Positions 57,723 through 64,000 of a DNA stretch of 64,000 nt are shown here, one piece after another. Positions within the stretch are counted from its first letter, which is position 1, and the number at the start of each line of letters is the position of its first letter. The stretch lies in the NCBI GenBank assembly GCA_963733295.1, contig CAVTCS010000003.1:576001-640000 (forward strand), read 5' to 3'. A program made the position numbers and the translations under genes. Origin of the DNA: Vulcanimicrobiota bacterium. Its GTDB lineage: Bacteria > Vulcanimicrobiota > Vulcanimicrobiia > Vulcanimicrobiales > Vulcanimicrobiaceae. Below the pieces are notes generated by a model. The model searched no databases, was not told where the DNA came from, and was given only the letters and a program-made list of their open reading frames with translations.

Positions 57723-59439
57723 CCGGGACGCGAGTCCCGGCTTGCGCCTGTTGCGCTTGCAGATCGAGGATTTCGGCTTGATCGCGCGCGCCGAACTCGA
57801 GTTCGACGGCGGCCTCACCGTTTGCAGCGGTGAAACGGGCTCGGGGAAGACGATGCTGTTGGGAGCCCTCGCCTTCGTGCTGGGTGAACGCGTTTCGGCC
57901 GACGTCGTGCGCGGTGGAGCGGAGCGCACGCGCGTTACGCTCGAAGCCGAAGTCGACCCGGCGCTGCGCGAGCGAATGATCGCCGAGGGCTTCGAACTCG
58001 AAGCGGGCGAGCCCGCGATTTTCTCGCGCGAGCTGAGCGCTGCTGGAAAGTCCTCCGCGCGTCTCAATGGGCGGCCCGCGACGGCCGGACAGCTTCGCAC
58101 CTACGGTGATTCGCTCGTCGACCGGGTGGGTCAGCACGAGCAGCAGCGCCTGCTCTCGCATGCGTATCAGCGCGAACTTCTCGATCGATTTGCCGGTTCC
58201 GAGGCGCTCGCCCGGCGCGCCGCGACCGCGCAGGCTTTCGAGCGCGTCGAGCGCTTGAGCGAAGAGTCCGAGCAGCTTTTCGAACGCGATGGGCGCGCGC
58301 TTGCCGACTTCGAGTTCGCGCAGTTCGGCGCGCGGGAAATCGATGCGGTCGCACCGCTGGAAGGCGAGGACGAGCGCTTGCGCGAGCGCCGCGATTACCT
58401 CGCAAATGCGGAGCGAATCGCCTCCGCGCTCGGGCGCGCGCAAAGCGCGCTGGCGGGAGAGAGCGCCGCTCTGGAAGGCCTTGGCGTTGCCGCCGCCGCG
58501 CTGCACGACGTGGCTCGCTTCGATTCGGCGCTGGAAACGCTCGCCGAGCGGCTCGCGACGTCGCAAGAAGAGATAGGCGACGTTTCGCTCACGCTGGCGC
58601 GAGAAATCGATCGCGCCGATTTCGATCCCGCGGAGTTGGAAACGCTCGGAGCGCGGCTCGATTCGCTCGAGCGGCTCAAGCGAAAGTACGGCGGTTCGCT
58701 CGAGACGGTAGCGAAAGCGCGGCGCGCTTTCCAGGAGACGATCGAGGCCTATTCCGATCGGGACGAACGTCGCACCGCGATCGGCGCCGAGCTTGCCGCG
58801 GCGCGCAGCGCTCTCGGGGATGAAGCGAGCGCGCTGAGCGGACTGCGCGAAGTTGCCCGGCGCGAACTCGAGACGCGAGTCGCCGCCGAGCTGAGAGGAC
58901 TCGCGATGCCCGCGGCTCGTTTTGCGGCGAAGTTGGAACCACTCGAAAGCGTCGGGCCCGAGGGTGCCGAGCGCGTCGAGTTCGAGTTGTCGCCGAATCC
59001 GGGCGAACCGTTGCGAGCGCTCACCAAGGCGGCCTCAGGCGGCGAGCTTTCGCGGGTCCTGCTCGCGCTCGTCGTCGTCTTCGCCGGGCGTCGCGAGAAC
59101 GCGCCGCTCGTCTTCGACGAGATCGACGCGGGCGTCGGCGGCAAGACTGCGAACGCCGTCGGCGTGCGGCTGGGGGCGCTTTCGCGCGCCACGCAAGTCG
59201 TGTGCGTGACCCATTTAGCCCAAATCGCTTCGTGGGCCGACCGGCACTACGCGCTGCGCAAGCACGAAGCCGGAGGCAAAACCACGATCGAACTCACGGA
59301 GTTAAGCGATCAGCCGGCGATCCTCGACGAGATCGCGCGCATGCTGTCGGGAAGTTCAGCCGCAGTCGCCCTCGAGCACGCCCGGGCGCTCCACAGCGAC
59401 GTACGCGAACGCAAGGCCGCTCCAAAATTGAGCGCGTGA
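57700..59439 (+). CDS. recN: DNA repair protein RecN
   Basis: GETGSGKT, GQH, coiled coil, ASGGELSR, FDEIDAGVGG, VTHLAQ, EIARMLSG. Confidence 0.96.
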   Translation: MRQSKTVSRDASPGLRLLRLQIEDFGLIARAELEFDGGLTVCSGETGSGKTMLLGALAFVLGERVSADVVRGGAERTRVTLEAEVDPALRERMIAEGFELEAGEPAIFSRELSAAGKSSARLNGRPATAGQLRTYGDSLVDRVGQHEQQRLLSHAYQRELLDRFAGSEALARRAATAQAFERVERLSEESEQLFERDGRALADFEFAQFGAREIDAVAPLEGEDERLRERRDYLANAERIASALGRAQSALAGESAALEGLGVAAAALHDVARFDSALETLAERLATSQEEIGDVSLTLAREIDRADFDPAELETLGARLDSLERLKRKYGGSLETVAKARRAFQETIEAYSDRDERRTAIGAELAAARSALGDEASALSGLREVARRELETRVAAELRGLAMPAARFAAKLEPLESVGPEGAERVEFELSPNPGEPLRALTKAASGGELSRVLLALVVVFAGRRENAPLVFDEIDAGVGGKTANAVGVRLGALSRATQVVCVTHLAQIASWADRHYALRKHEAGGKTTIELTELSDQPAILDEIARMLSGSSAAVALEHARALHSDVRERKAAPKLSA

Positions 59440-59459
59440 GCCCTTCCAGCCGGCGAGCT

Positions 59460-60887
59460 TTACGACAAGTGGTGTATCTTGAGCACGTTGGTTCCGGTGC
59501 CGATCGGCATGCCCGCGGTGAGCACGAACTCGTTCTCGCCCGGAACGCCATCGCGCCGCACGTGGTCTTCGGCTAGCGCGACCAGTTCCTCGAAGTAGTC
59601 GAAGCGCGGGACGACGCGCGCGTCGACGCCCCACACGACGTTCAAGCGACGCGCGGCCTCGGCGCCTAGGGTCAGCGCGACCAGGCGAGCGCGCGGACGG
59701 AAGGATGCGATCGTCGCCGCGGTCATGCCCGAGGCCGTGCCGCAGACGATGACGCCGAGGCCAAGTTCGGCGGAAACGCGGACCGCGCTTTGCGCGATCG
59801 CGGTGGGTCCGTCCTTCGGCGCGCGTTCCACGCGGCGCGCGTGCAGGAGCGCGTGCGGGTAGTGACGCTCGACTTCGAGCGCGATCATCGCCATCACGCG
59901 CACCGATTCGATCGGATACGCGCCGCGGGCCGTTTCCGCCGACAGCATGACGGCGTCCGTTCCGTCGATGATCGCGTTGGCCACGTCCGTCGTCTCGGCG
60001 CGCGTCGGGCGCACGCTCGTGATCATCGATTCGAGCATTTGCGTTGCCGTGACGACCGGCTTCGCGGCACGGTTGGCGCGCGCGATCAAGTCTTTCTGCA
60101 CGAGCGGAACTTGCTCGAGCGGAATCTCGATACCGAGATCTCCGCGTGCCACCATCAACCCGTCGGCGGCCTCCAGGATCTCTTCGATGGAGTCGAGAGC
60201 TTCGTGTTTCTCGATTTTTGCCATGACCGGAACGCTCGCTCCATGCGCCGCCACGAAACGCTTCACGCTGAGAACGTCTTCGGCCGTGCGAACGAAGGAT
60301 ACGGCGACCCAATCGACCCCGCGCTCGAGCCCAAAGGCGAGGTGTTCGAAATCGCGCGGCGTTACGGTAGCTATGCCGAGCGTTCCATCCGGATAGTTGA
60401 TGCCTTGCTCGGCGCGCAAGAGTCCGCCGACCTCGACCCGCGTGCGGATCGAAGTCTCGCTCTTGTCCAGAATCTCAAGGACGATCGCGCCATCCGCCAG
60501 ATAGATCTGCGCTCCCGGCGCGACGTCGCGAGTGAGACCGGGATAGCTGACGCCGACCAGGCTGGCCGTTCCCGCGACGTTCTCGGTCGTCAGCGAAAAC
60601 GTCGCGCCCTTTTCGAGAAGGACCGAATCGACGCCGCCGGCCAGTTTTCCGGTGCGAACCTTCGGGCCGGGCAGGTCTTGCAGGATCGCGATCGGTCGAT
60701 CGAGTTCGCCGGCAATGCGTCGAACGTCATCGATCGTCGCACCGTGCTCGGCGTGCGAACCGTGCGAGAAATTTAGACGAACGACGTCGACGCCGGCGCG
60801 CAGCAAGGCCCGCAAGCTTGCGGGGTCGCGCGACGCCGGTCCAACGGTCGCTACGATTTTCGTGCGCTTGCGCGCGAAGTCGCCCAT
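59460..60887 (-). CDS. pyk: Pyruvate kinase
   Basis: TKIVATVGPAS, RLNFSHG, DLPGPK.R, AKIE, MVARGDLG, TATQMLESM, PTRAE..DVANA..DG.DAVMLS. Confidence 0.97.
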   Translation of the reverse strand: MGDFARKRTKIVATVGPASRDPASLRALLRAGVDVVRLNFSHGSHAEHGATIDDVRRIAGELDRPIAILQDLPGPKVRTGKLAGGVDSVLLEKGATFSLTTENVAGTASLVGVSYPGLTRDVAPGAQIYLADGAIVLEILDKSETSIRTRVEVGGLLRAEQGINYPDGTLGIATVTPRDFEHLAFGLERGVDWVAVSFVRTAEDVLSVKRFVAAHGASVPVMAKIEKHEALDSIEEILEAADGLMVARGDLGIEIPLEQVPLVQKDLIARANRAAKPVVTATQMLESMITSVRPTRAETTDVANAIIDGTDAVMLSAETARGAYPIESVRVMAMIALEVERHYPHALLHARRVERAPKDGPTAIAQSAVRVSAELGLGVIVCGTASGMTAATIASFRPRARLVALTLGAEAARRLNVVWGVDARVVPRFDYFEELVALAEDHVRRDGVPGENEFVLTAGMPIGTGTNVLKIHHLS

Positions 60888-60943
60888 TTAACGTTCGCAT
60901 CCCAAATAGAGTGAGATAGCCTGGCGGCACGAACGCTGCGGGC

Positions 60944-62419
60944 ATGCGCCGGCGCCTTTCCGTCGCGTACGTTCTGTCGCTCTTGCTGCACCTGCTTTTG
61001 GTGCTCTTTTTCGGTGTGCATGTGCTCGTGCCGGTTGGATCTTCCGCTTCTACCGAGACGAACGAGAGCGAAACGACGACCGTCTCTGAGGAAACGCGCC
61101 AGACTTCCCCAGCGCCGGCGCCGCCGCGATCGCCGCTGCCGTCACTCGCGCCAGAGCCGCTCGCCTTGCGTCCGACACCTCTGCCGCAGCCGCGTCCGAA
61201 AACGCAACCGCCTCAGCCCTCGCGCCCGCGCGTCGCGCCGCGGAGCGCGCAACGTCGGCCGGAACTCGCGAAGATAACGCCGGAGGGTACGCCGCAGCCG
61301 CCTGCGCGGATTGCCGTCGTCGCGCCACTGCGCACGAGCCCGCCGACGATCGAGCCGAGTCCGGAAGCCAGCGAGAGACCGACCGCGCTTCCGCCCTCCG
61401 CCTCGCCGCTTCCGCTTGCGACTCGCCCTCCGACGGCGCCGCCGACGCCGCTTCCGACCGCGCCGCCGAGCGCCGCTCCGACGCGCCCGCCGACCGCTGC
61501 TCCGACGGTGCCCGCGACTCCGCCGCCGACGCTTCCGCCGACCACACCGCCGACGGTCCGGCCGACGGTCCTCGTTACGCCGCGGCCGACGCAACCCCCG
61601 ACGCCGGTACCGACCGCCCGGCCAACGCCGGTGCCGACGGCACGCCCGACGCCGGTGCCGACGGAACGACCGACGCCGGTGCCCACGGCGCGCCCGACGC
61701 AAGTGCCCACGGCGCGCCCAACGCCAGTGCCCACGGCGCGCCCGACGCAAGTGCCGACCGCCGCACCCGCGACGGCGGCGCCGGTCGCTCGCCCGACCGC
61801 CGCGCCGGCTACGGCCGCACCCGCTGCCGCGACCGCGACGAGCTTGCAGGCCCGCAGCCTGTCGAGCCCCGGCAGCGCAAGCCGGGTCGCAGCGGGGCCG
61901 CCCGGGCCGGGGGCTTCGGCAGGACCGGGTCGCGGTGAGGGTTCAGGGACAAAGGGGGCGCCGGGTCCGGGCGGCCCGGCCGGTTCGCAAGGACGGCGCC
62001 CGGCACCGATCGCGAGCGGGGCCCTGGCCAAGCTCAACGATCGCGTGCTGAGCATGATCCCCGGCGGCTCGCCGGTGACCTACTCGCAACGCCACATCAC
62101 GAACGACTTGAACGCGGCGGTCGCCGAAGCCGAGGCCGAGTTTTTCGAGAAGGCGGCGCCGCCGCCCGAGGTTCTCGCCAAAGCGCTCTACGTCATCAAG
62201 ATCAAGGGCACGCTGCTGATGGGACCGAGCATCATGTACGTCCTCAAAAAGGCAAATATTTTCGGCTTCGAGATCTGCAGCGGTTGGTACGTGCAGCAGC
62301 TCAATACCGGTCCGATAGGGGGGTACACGGTCGGACCCTGCAACGGCGAGAAGTTCGACCCCGGCACCAAGCCCTTGCCGGGTGGTCTCCCGAACATCCC
62401 GAAGCCCCGCCCGACTTGA
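60944..62419 (+). CDS. Membrane-anchored Pro/Thr-rich protein with TonB/TolA-like SxxxH anchor and unrecognised C-terminal domain
   Basis: N-terminal TM VLSLLLHLLLV; long Pro/Thr/Ala/Gly linker; ~130-aa globular C-terminus with two Cys. Confidence 0.75.
   Translation: MRRRLSVAYVLSLLLHLLLVLFFGVHVLVPVGSSASTETNESETTTVSEETRQTSPAPAPPRSPLPSLAPEPLALRPTPLPQPRPKTQPPQPSRPRVAPRSAQRRPELAKITPEGTPQPPARIAVVAPLRTSPPTIEPSPEASERPTALPPSASPLPLATRPPTAPPTPLPTAPPSAAPTRPPTAAPTVPATPPPTLPPTTPPTVRPTVLVTPRPTQPPTPVPTARPTPVPTARPTPVPTERPTPVPTARPTQVPTARPTPVPTARPTQVPTAAPATAAPVARPTAAPATAAPAAATATSLQARSLSSPGSASRVAAGPPGPGASAGPGRGEGSGTKGAPGPGGPAGSQGRRPAPIASGALAKLNDRVLSMIPGGSPVTYSQRHITNDLNAAVAEAEAEFFEKAAPPPEVLAKALYVIKIKGTLLMGPSIMYVLKKANIFGFEICSGWYVQQLNTGPIGGYTVGPCNGEKFDPGTKPLPGGLPNIPKPRPT
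61598..61765 (+). repeat. Coding tandem repeat, 7 x 24 nt (PT[P/Q]VPT[A/E]R)
   Basis: Units such as ccgacgccggtgccgacggcacgc repeated head-to-tail in frame with mostly synonymous variation. Confidence 0.9.
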
Positions 62420-62443
62420 GGCGCGTGCCCCACGGCAGCGCGG

Positions 62444-62473
62444 TTGCGCGCTGCGCTGCGTCCGTGATAGAAT
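62444..62473 (+). promoter_or_regulatory. Sigma70 promoter of the rimP-nusA operon
   Basis: TTGCGC, 18-nt spacer, TGn-TAGAAT. Confidence 0.65.
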
Positions 62474-62493
62474 GCGGTGTATCGTAAAGGAAA

Positions 62494-62516
62494 AAGCGTG
62501 GGCTGGTCCCGCGCTT
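62494..62516 (+). promoter_or_regulatory. rimP leader hairpin (NusA-linked attenuator-like element)
   Basis: AAGCGTGGG-CTGGT-CCCGCGCTT followed by CGTTGTT; resembles the GAGTGGG..CCCACTC hairpin conserved upstream of rimP. Confidence 0.7.
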
Positions 62517-62547
62517 CGTTGTTGTCGGGGGTCTTTCGAAAAGCGCT

Positions 62548-63045
62548 TTGGGATTGGCTGAAAACTTCGAACGCGCGACGCTCTCGCTGCCGTATGAGGA
62601 AGAATTTCGCGACGTCGAAATCGTGTCGCATCACGTCCACCGTCACGGCCGCGCACACGACCTTAGGGTCGTCGTGGACCGGCCGAGCGGCGTCGACGTC
62701 GCACTGTGCGAACGCATCGGCGCGCGTCTGGGTGAGTTGCTCGTAGACGAGAGCGATCCGTACACGCTCGCCGTCGAGTCCCCTGGGCTCGACCGTCCGT
62801 TGCTGCGTCCGGCCGACTACGATCGCTTTCGCGATCGCGACGTGTGCGTTCAAACGACGCTCCCGATCGGTCGCGAGCGCACGCACCGCGGCAAACTGCT
62901 CGGCGTGCGCGGCAATGCGGCGGTTCTCGCTACCGCACGAGGCGAGCTCCCGATTCCACTCGAGATGATCAAATCGGCCAACCTCGAGTTCGACTACCGT
63001 GCGGCACTGCGGCGCGACAAACGAGAGAGACGAGACACGCGATGA
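62548..63045 (+). CDS. rimP: Ribosome maturation factor RimP
   Basis: LRV.VD...GV....C..I, Y.L.V.SPGL.RPL....DY.RF, I..ANL. Confidence 0.92.
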   Translation: MGLAENFERATLSLPYEEEFRDVEIVSHHVHRHGRAHDLRVVVDRPSGVDVALCERIGARLGELLVDESDPYTLAVESPGLDRPLLRPADYDRFRDRDVCVQTTLPIGRERTHRGKLLGVRGNAAVLATARGELPIPLEMIKSANLEFDYRAALRRDKRERRDTR

Positions 63046-64000
63046 AGGCGACGAAAACACAACCGGACGAACCGACGCTGCGCGAATCGCTGCGCGCGCT
63101 GCAAGGCGAACGCGCGATCCCGTTCGAGATGCTGCTGGAGGCTCTCGAGGCGGCGCTGCTTTCCGCCTACAAGCGAAACTTCGGTGCCGAAGCAAATGCG
63201 ATCGTGGCGATCGACCGCGACACCGGCGAATACAAGGTTTACCACCGGCGCCTAGTCGTCGACGAGGTCGGCGATCCCAAACTCGAGGTCTCGCGTAAGG
63301 AAGCCGGCTCGAAGTACGAGCCCGGCGATTTTTTCGATGAGGAAGTAACGCCGAAGCAGTTCGGACGCATCGCCGCGCAAACCGCCAAACAAGTCATCGT
63401 GCAGCGCATCCGCGAAGCCGAGCGCGACACGATCTTTAACGAGTACAGTCAGAAACTGCACGACATCGCGATGGGCACCGTGCAGCGCTACGAACAACGC
63501 AACATGTACGTCGATCTCGGAAAAACCGAAGCGTTGCTACCGCTCTCCGAACAAGTGCCGCGCGAGAACTACCGGATCAACGATCGCATCCGCGCTTACG
63601 TCCTCGACGTCCGTAAGACGAGCAAAGGCCCTCAGATCATCCTCTCGCGCGCAGCCGAGGGTCTCGTGCAGCGCTTGCTCGAGGCCGAAGTCCCCGAGAT
63701 CGACGACAACATCGTCGAAATCATGGCGATCGCGCGCGAACCGGGCAGCCGTTCGAAGGTCGCGGTGCACTCTCACCGCGCCGAGGTCGATGCCGTCGGT
63801 GCGTGTCTCGGGCCGAAGTCGAGTCGCATCGCTGCCGTCTCGGACGAGCTGCGCGGCGAGAAGATCGATATCATCCGCTGGTCGCCGGATCCGGTGACGT
63901 TCATCAGTAACGCGCTCGCACCGGCCAAGGTGCTCGGCGTCGAGCTCTTCGAGGACGAAGGCGTCGGACTCGTGACCGTGCCGGACTACCAGCTCTCGCT
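63042..64000 (+). CDS. nusA: Transcription termination/antitermination factor NusA (runs off window end)
   Basis: Manual translation: ALE.AL.SAYKR, FGRIAAQTAKQV..Q.IREAER, S1 domain, AREPG.RSKVAV, GE.IDII, NAL.PA. Confidence 0.97.
   Translation, partial: MKATKTQPDEPTLRESLRALQGERAIPFEMLLEALEAALLSAYKRNFGAEANAIVAIDRDTGEYKVYHRRLVVDEVGDPKLEVSRKEAGSKYEPGDFFDEEVTPKQFGRIAAQTAKQVIVQRIREAERDTIFNEYSQKLHDIAMGTVQRYEQRNMYVDLGKTEALLPLSEQVPRENYRINDRIRAYVLDVRKTSKGPQIILSRAAEGLVQRLLEAEVPEIDDNIVEIMAIAREPGSRSKVAVHSHRAEVDAVGACLGPKSSRIAAVSDELRGEKIDIIRWSPDPVTFISNALAPAKVLGVELFEDEGVGLVTVPDYQLS

Noticed and set aside
61598..61765. Tandem repeats as a possible CRISPR array
   Set aside because: Head-to-tail 24-nt in-frame coding repeats with no unique spacers and no cas genes.

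Overview
High-GC bacterial chromosomal window with about 75 genes. No rRNA, tRNA, CRISPR array, integrase or transposase was recognised. It combines diderm envelope genes (ExbB-ExbD-ExbD-TonB, an outer-membrane beta-barrel, lipoproteins) with Bacillota-like gene order (tilS-hpt-ftsH; accB-accC-nusB...xseA-xseB-tlyA-nadK-recN; yabE-ksgA; rimP-nusA) and a Gram-positive-type LexA box. That mix suggests a diderm Terrabacteria lineage such as Ca. Eremiobacterota/Vulcanimicrobiota (inference only). Positions 1-17.7 kb are an accessory-looking block of metal/ion/solute homeostasis genes, regulators and secreted unknowns: a P1B-ATPase with a CsoR-family repressor, two BASS paralogues, TRIC, MgtC, DUF1622, an aquaporin and a MesD-like methionine synthase. 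Positions 17.8-64 kb are housekeeping operons. Several conserved genes (tilS, moaC, folC twice, PBP1A twice) carry single-base frameshifts that look like long-read consensus errors. Most notable observations: (1) the gene at the accB position encodes a BCCP-fold protein lacking the biotin-accepting lysine (ESLG instead of EAMK), resembling plant BADC regulators; (2) a near-consensus sigma70 promoter with a perfect LexA palindrome drives an uncharacterised RNase H-like gene plus a 3-methyladenine glycosylase; (3) a ~155-nt structured leader precedes a 3D-domain cell-wall hydrolase; (4) non-canonical start codons (CTG, ATA, GTA, ATC) appear repeatedly, mostly in 4-nt stop/start overlaps; (5) a pair of secreted M16 peptidase homologues both lack HxxEH; (6) there are unusual TonB-related architectures.
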